Positions 1 to 13,207 of a stretch of 64,000 nucleotides of DNA are shown here, piece by piece. Origin of the DNA: Escherichia coli (GTDB taxonomy: Bacteria; Pseudomonadota; Gammaproteobacteria; Enterobacterales; Enterobacteriaceae); NCBI RefSeq assembly GCF_013315695.1, contig NZ_CP054353.1; one strand, written 5' to 3'. Made by a program: the position numbers and the translations under genes. The notes under the pieces were generated by a model. That model saw only the letters and a program-made list of their open reading frames with translations. It ran no database searches and had not been told where the DNA came from. The number at the start of each line of letters is the position of its first letter. Positions within the stretch are counted from its first letter, which is position 1.

Positions 1-130
1 TAAAGTTGAGATAGTCAATATCTCGCAGGATGGTCCTGCCGGAAACGCCAGTCTGTTGCGCCAGCTCGCCAGGCGTGCGTGGCTGTTGCTCCAGCAGATC
101 GACAATCTTTAACTGGCGTTCGTTTAGCAT
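1..130 (-). CDS. frvR: frv operon transcriptional regulator FrvR, N-terminal 43 codons only (gene continues beyond the window start)
   Basis: Reverse complement of 1..130 translates MLNERQLKIVDLLEQQPRTPGELAQQTGVSGRTILRDIDYLNF, a DeoR-type HTH N-terminus; start codon at 128..130 overlaps the frvX stop by 1 nt; K-12 synteny. Confidence 0.7.
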   Translation of the reverse strand, partial: MLNERQLKIVDLLEQQPRTPGELAQQTGVSGRTILRDIDYLNF

Positions 131-1206
131 TAATCCACCTGACGGAACTGGCTAAACGCGTTGACTTTCTCCGCGGTTAAGGTGGTCAGAAAATCCCTTA
201 TCAACGTGAGCAGAGCATCGTAATCGGCTTTTGAAATCATACCGCTATTGGCGTGCAGATAACGCGTTGGCAGACACAGCGCGACAACTGGACGCCCGCC
301 GCCCATCACGTTGTAGCGCCCGCCATCCGTCGCTCCGGTTTTCATGGTGCAAAATTGCAGTGGTAAATCGTTATGTACGGCACAGTTTTTTAACGCTGCT
401 ACCAGTTTCTGGTTGGGGAAGTAGCGCTTGTCAAACAACATCAGCCCCGGCCCCTGGCCCAGTTTCAGCGGGTATTTTATGTTATCAATGCCCGGAACAT
501 CGCCCGCGACAGCGGTATCCAACACGATCACGACGTCCGGTTTAATGTGTTCCGCCGAGGTTTGTGCCCCGCGTAGCCCAACTTCTTCTTCCACGCTGCC
601 GACGCCATACAGCGTAATTTCGGGGTTATTTACTGTCTGTAGGAGCTCAGCCATCATCGCGCAGCCGATGCGGTTATCCAGCGCCTTGCCGACCACTTTA
701 TCTTCGCCCCAGCAGGCAAAATTGGCTTCCGGGCTAATAAAATCGCCAATTTCCACGCCGCGCTTTTCCACCTCTTCGCGACTGTTCGCGCCAATATCAA
801 TGAACATCTCATCAAATGACAGCGGTTGTTGCTTTTGCTTTTCCGTTAACGCATGAGGCGCGACGGAACCAATCACACCAGGGATTTTATATCCCTTGTG
901 TGTGCGTATGGTTACCCGGTGGTTGAGCATCGACTGATTCCACCAGCTGCCAATGGTGGTAAAGCGCAGAAAACCGCTCTCGTCGATATGGGTGACCATA
1001 AAGCCGACTTCATCCATATGCCCGACAACGGCAACTTTTGGACCTTTATTTCCCTTACGGGCAACAAAGCTGCCCAGACCATCAAAGGTGATCTCATTCA
1101 CGCAAGGTTCCAGCGTGTTTATCAGAATGTCACGAACTTCCTGTTCATCGCCGCTGACGGCGCTGGCTTCGCACAACTGTTGCAGTAACTCAATGTTCAT
1201 GGGCAA
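130..1206 (-). CDS. frvX: M42-family aminopeptidase / cellulase-like protein FrvX
   Basis: 358-aa ORF in track (MPMNIELLQQLCEASAVSGDEQ...); the annotated start may be the Met two codons in (1200); sits in the frv operon. Confidence 0.88.
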   Translation of the reverse strand: MPMNIELLQQLCEASAVSGDEQEVRDILINTLEPCVNEITFDGLGSFVARKGNKGPKVAVVGHMDEVGFMVTHIDESGFLRFTTIGSWWNQSMLNHRVTIRTHKGYKIPGVIGSVAPHALTEKQKQQPLSFDEMFIDIGANSREEVEKRGVEIGDFISPEANFACWGEDKVVGKALDNRIGCAMMAELLQTVNNPEITLYGVGSVEEEVGLRGAQTSAEHIKPDVVIVLDTAVAGDVPGIDNIKYPLKLGQGPGLMLFDKRYFPNQKLVAALKNCAVHNDLPLQFCTMKTGATDGGRYNVMGGGRPVVALCLPTRYLHANSGMISKADYDALLTLIRDFLTTLTAEKVNAFSQFRQVD

Positions 1207-2647
1207 GCTCCTGTTGCGCGGCTTTCGCTTTGCGGCGTAACCATAATCCTTTCAGGACGATAATGAATGAAATGTTCAGCGCGAGGCCAATCGCCAGCAC
1301 CAGGTAAAACGAACCTACCGGCGACATCAGGCCGATCAGCGGGTCAAAGATACCCAAACCAGGTGCCAGTCGTTTGATTCCAAAAGCGATCACCAGCACG
1401 CCGGTAATGCCGCCCGCCAGCGTATTGGCGGTGATCATTGGCAGTGGTGCCGCCAGAGCGTAAGGAATAGCCGGTTCGGTCGCGACCGTGGCACCGACCA
1501 CAATGGCGCTACTGGCGGCTTCTTTTTCCTGTTGAGTAAACAGCTTGGGCGCAATGAACGTCGCAAGACCCGCCGCGACAGGCGGCATCAGCGCGACAAC
1601 GCCGACGATGGCGTACCAGTCGTAAATGTGTTTTTCCAGCAGAGAGAAGCAGAAGAACCAGGCGGTTTTGTTGATGGGGCCGCCCATATCGAATGCCAGC
1701 ATCGCACCAACCAGAAACGCCGCCGCAAACTTCATTGACGGAGGAATGGTGTTCAGGAAGTGCAGCAACCCGCCCATGAGGTCGGACATCACCGGTCCGA
1801 TAACGTAGTAAGACAGTACGCCGAAAACCAGCAGAGTGACGAACGGGATCAGCATGGAACCGAGCAGCGGTTGTAATGCTTTGCCAAGGCGCACTTTACG
1901 GAACCAGAAGACGAAATAGCCAATCGCCAGCCCCAGCACCACCGCGCCGAGGAAGCCCGCGCCAGACTGGGTGCCGAGCAGGGCTTTGTCATTCGCCAGA
2001 TAGCAAACCAGAAACGCCGGAGCGAAAGCCGGTTTATCGGCAATCGACGAGGCAATATAAGCGCCCATGATGGGGATCATAAAGGTGAAGCCGAGATAAC
2101 CGATGGATTCCACCACCCAGGTAAACGACGGCGCGCCTTTCGACATATCGGTATACGGCAAACCGAACTGCACCAGCATGTTGGCAAGCGCCACCAGGAT
2201 ACCGCCACCGATGACAAACGGCAGCGCCGCAGAAACACCCGCCATCAGATGGCTCATTACGCTGCCACTTTGCACTTCCTGTTTGCCGAGCTTCACGCCG
2301 CTATCTGCGGCAAAAAGCTGCGAATTTGTCGGTAATTCACTGAAAATCTGGTCGATATTTTTCAGCGCCTGGGAGATGGCAATCTCATAAACCTTTTTCC
2401 CGGCAAATCGCGCGCGATCATCACCGCTCAGGCCACGCCCGGTAGCGAGAATCACGTAATCGGCAGCGGCAATCTCTTCGCTGGATAAGCGGTTTTCGAT
2501 GCCGCTTGATCCTTGAGTTTCAACTTTAATGGTATGACCGAGAGAACGGGCTTTCTGTTCCAGGGCTTCCGCCACCATGTAGGTGTGAGCGATCCCGGCG
2601 GGGCAGTTGGTGATCGCGACAATACGTAAGGATGACTCCATCGCCAC
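1190..2647 (-). CDS. frvB: PTS fructose-like EIIBC component FrvB
   Basis: 485-aa ORF; N-terminal IIB motif ITNCPAGIAHTYM and a IIC core containing AFDMGGPINK; alternative start at 2641. Confidence 0.9.
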   Translation of the reverse strand: MAMESSLRIVAITNCPAGIAHTYMVAEALEQKARSLGHTIKVETQGSSGIENRLSSEEIAAADYVILATGRGLSGDDRARFAGKKVYEIAISQALKNIDQIFSELPTNSQLFAADSGVKLGKQEVQSGSVMSHLMAGVSAALPFVIGGGILVALANMLVQFGLPYTDMSKGAPSFTWVVESIGYLGFTFMIPIMGAYIASSIADKPAFAPAFLVCYLANDKALLGTQSGAGFLGAVVLGLAIGYFVFWFRKVRLGKALQPLLGSMLIPFVTLLVFGVLSYYVIGPVMSDLMGGLLHFLNTIPPSMKFAAAFLVGAMLAFDMGGPINKTAWFFCFSLLEKHIYDWYAIVGVVALMPPVAAGLATFIAPKLFTQQEKEAASSAIVVGATVATEPAIPYALAAPLPMITANTLAGGITGVLVIAFGIKRLAPGLGIFDPLIGLMSPVGSFYLVLAIGLALNISFIIVLKGLWLRRKAKAAQQELAHEH

Positions 2648-2651
2648 TTCC

Positions 2652-3098
2652 TTATGAGCTGAGGGTTTGATTTAACAAAGCAAGTACCTGGTCGGCGTCG
2701 CCCTGTCGCAGTTGGTTGATAAAATCCTGGTGGATAATTTTGCGACACAGCGTGCCGATGATTTTGACCTGATCCTCTTCGCCACTTTGCGGCACGCCGA
2801 GGCAGATCCAGCAATTGACGTCTTCGCCGTCGCTGGCTTTCCAGTCAATGGCCTGCGCTTTGCGGGCGAATAACACGAACGGTTGTTTAACGCAGGCGCT
2901 TTTACCGTGCGGCACGGCGACACCGGAACCAAATCCCGTGGAGTGCATTTTTTCGCGCAGCAGCAGGGTTTGCAGGAACTGGTGTGAGTCGGTGATAAAA
3001 CCGTTTTGTAACGCCATTGTCGCCAACTGCTTCAGAACGGAATAAGCGCCATTGCCCTGAATATTCAGGTCAATACAGCTTGCAGTAAGTGCTGCCAT
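2652..3098 (-). CDS. frvA: PTS fructose-like EIIA component FrvA
   Basis: ORF 2652..3227 trimmed to the internal Met (MAALTASCIDLNIQ...) to give 148 aa; operon position. Confidence 0.85.
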   Translation of the reverse strand: MAALTASCIDLNIQGNGAYSVLKQLATMALQNGFITDSHQFLQTLLLREKMHSTGFGSGVAVPHGKSACVKQPFVLFARKAQAIDWKASDGEDVNCWICLGVPQSGEEDQVKIIGTLCRKIIHQDFINQLRQGDADQVLALLNQTLSS

Positions 3099-3574
3099 TA
3101 TTGGATTCCATGAAAAAATATTATAGTTAATTGTAACGGCGGGGCGGTTTTGTGATGAGCGCGGATATGTCGTGAAGTCGTGACAATATAAGGCAGAGTG
3201 AAGGATAAATTTTGCGGTGTAAGGCACATATTGATGGGTAAAATAAATGCAGTGAATAAAAAATCATTATTTAATGATGTTGTGAATGTTTAACTGCCGC
3301 ACATGTTTTGCAGCAAGGTTATTTATATTTGTGGCTTATGAGTCAGCGTGAATTATATCTAATATTTTTTACGATATTTGGTTAAAAACGGCACTATTGT
3401 TATATTCCTCACGTTCCAGGAAATCAGCGGATTTACTCATATTATGCAGCGGGATACTATCCATCGGCCTGCTGAAGTTGGATTAAAAATTCGAAAGTGC
3501 ACACCTTATATTTCTCTATATACGTATTCCTTTTGGAAAGCGTAGGGTCTCTTTTATTTCAGGGAACGTAAATA

Positions 3575-4969
3575 ATGAAAAAATCGACATTATCTTTAGC
3601 CATCGGTTTATTATTGGCATGTAGTACCGGAATGGCAAAAACACAGCATTTAACGCTGGAACAACGCATGGCATTGCTGGAAGAACGCCTGGAAGCGGCA
3701 GAAATGCGGGCAGCAAAAGCAGAGAGCCAGGTTAAACAGCTGCAGACACAACAAGCCGCTGAGATCCGCGAAATTAAGGCTGCCCAGGGCAATACGCCGG
3801 TAAATGGACAGGCAACGGCGGAATCTGCAAAGAAAAATTCCACCTCACCTAATCTTTTGCTCTCAGGTTATGGCGATTTAAAAATCTACGGCGACGTAGA
3901 ATTTAATATGGATGCGGAAAGTAATCATGGCCTGCTGGCAATGACCAACGCTGATGTGAATAGCGATCCCACTAATGAACAGTGGAATCTCAATGGTCGT
4001 ATTTTGTTAGGTTTTGATGGTATGCGAAAACTGGATAATGGCTATTTCGCCGGGTTCTCCGCACAACCGCTGGGGGATATGCACGGTTCAGTAAATATCG
4101 ATGATGCGGTTTTCTTCTTTGGCAAAGAAAACGACTGGAAGGTCAAAGTAGGCCGTTTTGAAGCCTACGATATGTTCCCGCTGAATCAGGATACCTTTGT
4201 TGAACATTCCGGTAATACTGCGAACGATCTTTATGACGATGGCAGCGGTTATATCTATATGATGAAAGAGGGCCGCGGGCGCTCTAACGCTGGCGGTAAT
4301 TTCCTCGTCAGCAAACAACTTGATAACTGGTATTTTGAATTAAACACGTTACTTGAAGACGGAACATCTTTATATAATGACGGTAATTATCATGGACGCG
4401 ATATGGAGCAGCAGAAAAATGTTGCTTATCTGCGTCCGGTAATTGCCTGGTCGCCGACAGAAGAATTCACCGTTTCCGCAGCGATGGAAGCGAACGTGGT
4501 AAATAATGCTTATGGTTATACCGATAGCAAGGGTAATTTTGTCGATCAGTCCGATCGTACCGGCTATGGTATGAGCATGACCTGGAATGGCCTGAAAACG
4601 GATCCGGAAAATGGCGTCGTGGTTAATCTTAATACCGCCTATTTAGATGCTAATAATGAGAAAGATTTCACTGCCGGGATTAACGCGCTGTGGAAACGTT
4701 TCGAGCTGGGTTATATCTACGCGCACAATAAGATTGATGAATTCAGCGGTGTAGTTTGTGATAACGACTGCTGGATTGATGATGAAGGGACGTACACCAT
4801 TCACACCATTCATGCGTCTTATCAGTTCGCTAATGTGATGGATATGGAGAACTTTAATATTTACCTCGGGACGTATTACTCCATTCTGGATAGCGACGGT
4901 GATAAAAAACACGGTGATGATACTGATGACCGTTACGGCGCACGCGTTCGCTTTAAATACTTCTTCTGA
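3575..4969 (+). CDS. Putative carbohydrate-selective outer-membrane porin (ScrY/OprB/LamB-like) with N-terminal coiled-coil extension; absent from the K-12 frvA-rhaM junction
   Basis: 464-aa ORF; signal peptide MKKSTLSLAIGLLLACSTGMA; heptad-like segment LEQRMALLEERLEAAEMRAAKAESQVKQLQ; Gly/Tyr/Asn/Asp-rich body typical of beta-barrels; C-terminus RFKYFF ends in aromatic Phe; locally AT-rich. Confidence 0.5.
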   Translation: MKKSTLSLAIGLLLACSTGMAKTQHLTLEQRMALLEERLEAAEMRAAKAESQVKQLQTQQAAEIREIKAAQGNTPVNGQATAESAKKNSTSPNLLLSGYGDLKIYGDVEFNMDAESNHGLLAMTNADVNSDPTNEQWNLNGRILLGFDGMRKLDNGYFAGFSAQPLGDMHGSVNIDDAVFFFGKENDWKVKVGRFEAYDMFPLNQDTFVEHSGNTANDLYDDGSGYIYMMKEGRGRSNAGGNFLVSKQLDNWYFELNTLLEDGTSLYNDGNYHGRDMEQQKNVAYLRPVIAWSPTEEFTVSAAMEANVVNNAYGYTDSKGNFVDQSDRTGYGMSMTWNGLKTDPENGVVVNLNTAYLDANNEKDFTAGINALWKRFELGYIYAHNKIDEFSGVVCDNDCWIDDEGTYTIHTIHASYQFANVMDMENFNIYLGTYYSILDSDGDKKHGDDTDDRYGARVRFKYFF

Positions 4970-5009
4970 TGAAGGCGCGGTGCTGGATATTTTCCGGCAC
5001 CGCAACTCA

Positions 5010-5324
5010 TTAAGGCAGGTAAAACACTTCTTGCAGCTCGCTACTGACTGGGCTGTTATCCGGGTTAGCTGGCATAACGTCGGTCATATATTTCCACCAA
5101 CGTTGGCAAACATCAGTACTGGCTACCGCATTCCACCGTTCTTCAGATTCAATCTCTACCGTGGCAAACAGCAGATTACGCGCTTTGTCGAGGTAAATGG
5201 CGTAGTTATGTGCACCGTGAGATTTCAACACTGCTTCCAGTTCCGGCCAGATTGGATTATGCCGACGCTGATACTCTTCGTGGGCGTCGGGGTTAACCTG
5301 CATGACAAAGGCTTTGCGGATCAT
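5010..5324 (-). CDS. rhaM: L-rhamnose mutarotase
   Basis: 104-aa [37 protein letters not shown]...; immediately downstream of rhaD. Confidence 0.92.
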
Positions 5325-5333
5325 GTTTGCTCC

Positions 5334-6158
5334 TTACAGCGCCAGCGCACTGGCGAGTGGTGTAACACCGAAACGCTGGCCGAGCGCTATCAGCTCTTCA
5401 CGACTGATGGTCTGTTTCATGCCGCCCATCGAATAAACCTTCACTAATACTTGTGCTGATTTTTCTGCGGTGTCGATTAAACCGAATGTTTCATCCAGTG
5501 TCGGACCGCTGCCGAAGACGCCGTGGAAGGGCCACAACACCAGCGAATGTTTTTGCATTTCCTGTGCGGTCGCCTGGCCGATTTCGTCCGTGCCGGGCAC
5601 CATCCACGGCAAAATGCCGACGCCATCCGGGAACACTACCAGACACTCGGTGCTGCCTTCCCAAAGCTGGCGAGTGAAGAGCGCGGTGTCGTTTTCCAGT
5701 ACGTAGGTAAGGGCGATCAGGTTGGTGGCGTGGCAGTGCATGATCACCCGATCTTTACCGTTGGTAGCTTTAATGCGCTCGCAGTGGGAGAGAAAGTGAG
5801 CCGGAAGTTCAGAAGTTGGAACGGCTTCGTTGGTTAGCCCCCAGAGAATATGGTAGCCCGCGCCGTCGCTGTCGACTTTTACGATGCCTAAGTTAGCCGC
5901 AGGATCAAGCTGGACGTTACGAAAGAATTTGCCGGAGCCGGTGACAATAAACGGTGTATTTGCCAGTAAAGGCATGGGCTGGCTGAGCGGGATATAGCGC
6001 GGTTGTGCATGAAAGTTGTCGTGATACGGTGCGATATCGGCGTCATCCAGGCGCAGCGTCAGGTTACCACCATTGCGCTCGTCCCAGCCTTTCAGCCAGG
6101 CGTCGGTGGTGGCTTTGATCATTCCCTGGACAAACCAGGACTGGGTAATGTTTTGCAT
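5334..6158 (-). CDS. rhaD: Rhamnulose-1-phosphate aldolase
   Basis: ORF 5334..6248 trimmed to internal Met ([37 protein letters not shown]) for 274 aa; class II aldolase; rha operon. Confidence 0.93.
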   Translation of the reverse strand: MQNITQSWFVQGMIKATTDAWLKGWDERNGGNLTLRLDDADIAPYHDNFHAQPRYIPLSQPMPLLANTPFIVTGSGKFFRNVQLDPAANLGIVKVDSDGAGYHILWGLTNEAVPTSELPAHFLSHCERIKATNGKDRVIMHCHATNLIALTYVLENDTALFTRQLWEGSTECLVVFPDGVGILPWMVPGTDEIGQATAQEMQKHSLVLWPFHGVFGSGPTLDETFGLIDTAEKSAQVLVKVYSMGGMKQTISREELIALGQRFGVTPLASALAL

Positions 6159-6240
6159 GTTCTGTGTTCCTGTAAATTCGGTGTTGTCGGATGCACGACC
6201 CGTAGGCCGGATAAGGCGCTCGCGCCGCATCCGGCAGTGT

Positions 6241-9253
<3,013 letters not shown>

Positions 9254-10090
9254 ATGACCGTATTACATAGTGTGGATTTTTTTCCGTCTGGTAACGCGTC
9301 CGTGGCGATAGAACCCCGGCTCCCGCAGGCGGATTTTCCTGAACATCATCATGATTTTCATGAAATTGTGATTGTCGAACATGGCACGGGTATTCATGTG
9401 TTTAATGGGCAGCCCTATACCATCACCGGTGGGACGGTCTGTTTTGTGCGCGACCATGATCGGCATCTGTATGAACATACCGATAATCTGTGTCTGACCA
9501 ATGTGCTGTATCGCTCGCCGGATCGATTTCAGTTTCTCGCCGGGCTGAATCAGTTGCTGCCACAAGAGCAGGATGGGCAGTATCCGTCTCACTGGCGCGT
9601 TAACCACAGCGTGTTGCAGCAGGTGCGACAGCTGGTTGCACAGATGGAACAGCAGGAAGAGGAAAATGATTTACCCTCGACCGCCAGTCGCGAGATCTTA
9701 TTTATGCAATTACTGCTCTTGCTGCGTAAAAGCAGTTTGCAGGAGAACCTGGAAAACAGCGCGTCACGTCTCAACTTGCTTCTGGCCTGGCTGGAGGACC
9801 ATTTTGCCGATGAGGTGAATTGGGATGCCGTGGCGGATCAATTTTCTCTTTCGCTGCGTACGCTACATCGGCAGCTTAAGCAGCAAACGGGACTGACGCC
9901 TCAACGTTACCTGAACCGCCTGCGACTGATGAAAGCCCGACATCTGCTACGCCACAGCGAGGCCAGCGTTACTGACATCGCCTATCGCTGCGGATTTAGC
10001 GACAGTAACCACTTTTCGACGCTTTTTCGCCGAGAGTTTAACTGGTCACCGCGTGATATTCGCCAGGGACGGGATGGCTTTCTGCAATAA
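9254..10090 (+). CDS. rhaS: AraC-family transcriptional activator RhaS
   Basis: 278-aa ORF; N-terminal cupin-like domain and C-terminal AraC HTH ([34 protein letters not shown]). Confidence 0.94.
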   Translation: MTVLHSVDFFPSGNASVAIEPRLPQADFPEHHHDFHEIVIVEHGTGIHVFNGQPYTITGGTVCFVRDHDRHLYEHTDNLCLTNVLYRSPDRFQFLAGLNQLLPQEQDGQYPSHWRVNHSVLQQVRQLVAQMEQQEEENDLPSTASREILFMQLLLLLRKSSLQENLENSASRLNLLLAWLEDHFADEVNWDAVADQFSLSLRTLHRQLKQQTGLTPQRYLNRLRLMKARHLLRHSEASVTDIAYRCGFSDSNHFSTLFRREFNWSPRDIRQGRDGFLQ

Positions 10091-10163
10091 CGCGAATCTT
10101 CTCAACGTATTTGTACGCCATATTGCGAATAATCAACTTCGTTCTCTGGCCGAGGTAGCCACG

Positions 10164-11012
10164 GTGGCGCATCAGTTAAAACTTCTCAAAGATGATTTTT
10201 TTGCCAGCGACCAGCAGGCAGTCGCTGTGGCTGACCGTTATCCGCAAGATGTCTTTGCTGAACATACACATGATTTTTGTGAGCTGGTAATTGTCTGGCG
10301 CGGTAATGGTCTGCATGTACTCAACGATCGCCCTTATCGCATTACCCGTGGCGATCTCTTTTACATTCATGCTGACGATAAACACTCCTACGCTTCCGTT
10401 AACGATCTGGTTTTGCAGAATATTATTTATTGCCCGGAGCGGCTGAAGCTGAATCTTGACTGGCAGGGGGCGATTCCGGGATTTAGCGCCAGCGCAGGGC
10501 AACCACACTGGCGCTTAGGTAGCATGGGGATGGCACAGACGCGGCAGATTATCGGTCAGCTTGAGCATGAAAGTAGTCAGCATGTGCCGTTTGCTAACGA
10601 AATGGCAGAGTTGCTGTTCGGGCAGTTGGTGATGTCGCTGAATCGCCATCGTTACACCAGTGATTCGTTGCCGCCAACATCCAGCGAAACGTTGCTGGAT
10701 AAGCTGATTACCCGGCTGGCGGCCAGCCTGAAAAGTCCCTTTGCGCTGGATGAATTTTGTGATGAGGCATCGTGCAGCGAGCGCGTTTTGCGTCAGCAAT
10801 TTCGCCAGCAGACTGGAATGACCATCAATCAATATCTGCGGCAGGTCAGAGTGTGTCATGCGCAATATCTTCTCCAGCATAGCCGCCTGTTAATCAGTGA
10901 TATTTCAACCGAATGTGGCTTTGAAGATAGTAACTATTTTTCGGTGGTGTTTACCCGGGAAACCGGGATGACGCCCAGCCAGTGGCGTCATCTCAATTCG
11001 CAGAAAGATTAA
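10164..11012 (+). CDS. rhaR: AraC-family transcriptional activator RhaR
   Basis: ORF 10053..11012 in track; start placed at the internal Val codon ([13 protein letters not shown]) for a 282-aa product; the longer ORF overlaps the rhaS 3' end. Confidence 0.88.
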   Translation: MAHQLKLLKDDFFASDQQAVAVADRYPQDVFAEHTHDFCELVIVWRGNGLHVLNDRPYRITRGDLFYIHADDKHSYASVNDLVLQNIIYCPERLKLNLDWQGAIPGFSASAGQPHWRLGSMGMAQTRQIIGQLEHESSQHVPFANEMAELLFGQLVMSLNRHRYTSDSLPPTSSETLLDKLITRLAASLKSPFALDEFCDEASCSERVLRQQFRQQTGMTINQYLRQVRVCHAQYLLQHSRLLISDISTECGFEDSNYFSVVFTRETGMTPSQWRHLNSQKD

Positions 11013-12043
11013 TTCGCCATGCCCATGCCGACGATGTTGGCGGCAACAATAATCACCACACAACCGAGGCTCAACACCGTTACCGGACGGCGTCCTGCAT
11101 TGTTCCACTCTTTCAGCACCAGCCCGACGATACCGCCGCACAATACATAGAAGCTCATATGCAGCATCCAGCTGATGTAGTCATACTGCGCCGGAATACG
11201 CGCGTGGCCCCAGGCATAGAAAAAGAATTGCAGATACCACATCAACCCGCCCAGTGCTGAGAGTAACACGTTGTGAATGATCAGCGGTTTTGCCAGCGAG
11301 AAGTCGGCTTTTAGCGACAAATCCTTCACTTTTGCCAGACGAATGAAGCAGAAACCGAGGTTGATGATCGCGCCGCCTCCCATGATGACAACATAGCTTG
11401 GCAGAGCGACATACAGTGGATCGACGCCCAGTGCGGCAGCGGCTTCATGCATCGGTTTTGCGGCGTTCATCGCAAAGGACATCCCGGCAGAGAAAATGCC
11501 GCACATCACCGCCAGCACCAGCCCTTTTTTCAGGTTGAACTCTTCGGCTTTAATGCCCATCTTGCGCTCTTTCAACTGCCCGGCGCGAGTCACAATCCCT
11601 ACGCCAATCAGCGCCACCAGAACGCCGAGCAACGTCATGCGTCCGCCTTCGGTATTAATCAGAACATCGAAATTGCCGTTGATAATTGGCGTCATCAGCG
11701 TACCGACAATCAACGTAATGCCAATGGCGATGCCAATTCCCATCGACATGCCGAGATAACGCATGGTCAGGCCGTAGTTGATATTACCGATCCCCCACAT
11801 AGCGCCGAACAGAAAAACAGGCAGCAGCGTAGAGAGACTAAACGAGCTGTAATACGCCCAGAAATTCGGCAGTAACAGGGCGCTGATGGCCCACGGCAGA
11901 ATAATCCACGAAACAATCCCACCAACTGACCACATGGTTTCCCATGACCATTTTTTTACTTTTTTGAACGGAGCGTAAAAACAGGCTGCACTGGCCGCGC
12001 CGATCAAATGCCAAAATATCCCCATCGTAATCGCGTTACTCAT
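11009..12043 (-). CDS. rhaT: L-rhamnose-proton symporter
   Basis: 344-aa polytopic membrane [41 protein letters not shown]. Confidence 0.93.
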   Translation of the reverse strand: MSNAITMGIFWHLIGAASAACFYAPFKKVKKWSWETMWSVGGIVSWIILPWAISALLLPNFWAYYSSFSLSTLLPVFLFGAMWGIGNINYGLTMRYLGMSMGIGIAIGITLIVGTLMTPIINGNFDVLINTEGGRMTLLGVLVALIGVGIVTRAGQLKERKMGIKAEEFNLKKGLVLAVMCGIFSAGMSFAMNAAKPMHEAAAALGVDPLYVALPSYVVIMGGGAIINLGFCFIRLAKVKDLSLKADFSLAKPLIIHNVLLSALGGLMWYLQFFFYAWGHARIPAQYDYISWMLHMSFYVLCGGIVGLVLKEWNNAGRRPVTVLSLGCVVIIVAANIVGMGMAN

Positions 12044-12234
12044 CTTCTTATCCTCATCATTTTTCGTCGCGTCACATCTCCGACGAGATGAGTGTAAAAA
12101 TCGTGCTGTCGATTAACCTTTCGCCTGTTGCCGCCGCTGCCGATTTACTGGCAATCACGGCATTAAGTGGGTGATTTGCTTCACATCTTGGGCATTTTCC
12201 TGCAAAACCATACCCTTACGAAAAGTACGGCATT

Positions 12235-12255
12235 GATAATCATTTTCAATATCAT
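12235..12255 (+). promoter_or_regulatory. Fur-box-like AT-rich site in the sodA promoter
   Basis: gataatcattttcaatatcat resembles the Fur consensus; about 75 bp upstream of sodA. Confidence 0.45.
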
Positions 12256-12327
12256 TTAATTAACTATAATGAACCAACTGCTTACGCGGCATTAACAATC
12301 GGCCGCCCGACAATACTGGAGATGAAT

Positions 12328-12948
12328 ATGAGCTATACCCTGCCATCCCTGCCGTATGCTTACGATGCCCTGGAACCGCACTTCGATAAGCAGACCATGG
12401 AAATCCACCACACCAAACACCATCAGACCTACGTCAACAACGCCAACGCGGCGCTGGAAAGCCTGCCAGAATTCGCTAACCTGCCGGTTGAAGAGCTGAT
12501 CACCAAACTGGACCAGCTGCCAGCAGACAAGAAAACCGTACTGCGCAACAACGCTGGCGGTCACGCTAACCACAGCCTGTTCTGGAAAGGTCTGAAAAAA
12601 GGCACCACCCTGCAGGGTGACCTGAAAGCGGCTATCGAACGTGACTTCGGCTCCGTTGATAACTTCAAAGCAGAATTTGAGAAAGCGGCAGCTTCCCGCT
12701 TTGGTTCCGGCTGGGCATGGCTGGTGCTGAAAGGCGATAAACTGGCGGTGGTTTCTACTGCTAACCAGGACTCCCCGCTGATGGGTGAAGCTATTTCTGG
12801 CGCTTCCGGCTTCCCGATTGTGGGCCTGGATGTGTGGGAACATGCTTACTACCTGAAATTCCAGAACCGCCGTCCGGACTACATCAAAGAGTTCTGGAAC
12901 GTGGTGAACTGGGACGAAGCAGCGGCACGTTTCGCGGCGAAAAAATAA
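12328..12948 (+). CDS. sodA: Manganese superoxide dismutase
   Basis: ORF 12322..12948; start at [36 protein letters not shown] for 206 aa. Confidence 0.95.
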   Translation: MSYTLPSLPYAYDALEPHFDKQTMEIHHTKHHQTYVNNANAALESLPEFANLPVEELITKLDQLPADKKTVLRNNAGGHANHSLFWKGLKKGTTLQGDLKAAIERDFGSVDNFKAEFEKAAASRFGSGWAWLVLKGDKLAVVSTANQDSPLMGEAISGASGFPIVGLDVWEHAYYLKFQNRRPDYIKEFWNVVNWDEAAARFAAKK

Positions 12949-13004
12949 TCATTTGCCGCCTGCTGCAATGAGGCGTTTACGTCGCATATCAGCTTAAAAA
13001 ATGA

Positions 13005-13031
13005 ACCATCGCCAACGGCGGTGGTTTTTTT
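13005..13031 (+). terminator. Rho-independent terminator downstream of sodA
   Basis: Inverted repeat accatcgcc / ggcggtggt followed by a T7 run. Confidence 0.65.
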
Positions 13032-13068
13032 GTGATCAATTTCAAAATAAAAACAATGATCCGATAAA

Positions 13069-13088
13069 AATAAAACAGTGTTTCAATT
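13069..13088 (+). promoter_or_regulatory. KdgR-operator-like palindrome upstream of kdgT
   Basis: aataaaacagtgtttcaatt matches the KdgR half-sites (AAAACA ... TGTTT) as remembered. Confidence 0.5.
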
Positions 13089-13207
13089 GATGTGGTTTTG
13101 ATCACTTTTATTGATCAAATGAATGTCTATCTTCGTTTCCATCAACACTGATGCTCCGTTGAGGAATGACGCATCAGCCCTTAAAAATATGCCGACAGGT
13201 GATGGAA

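Noticed and set aside
10053-10163. Long N-terminal extension of rhaR (319-aa form)
   Set aside because: The 282-aa product from the internal Val codon is the form I remember; the extension overlaps the rhaS 3' end. Kept as an alternative only
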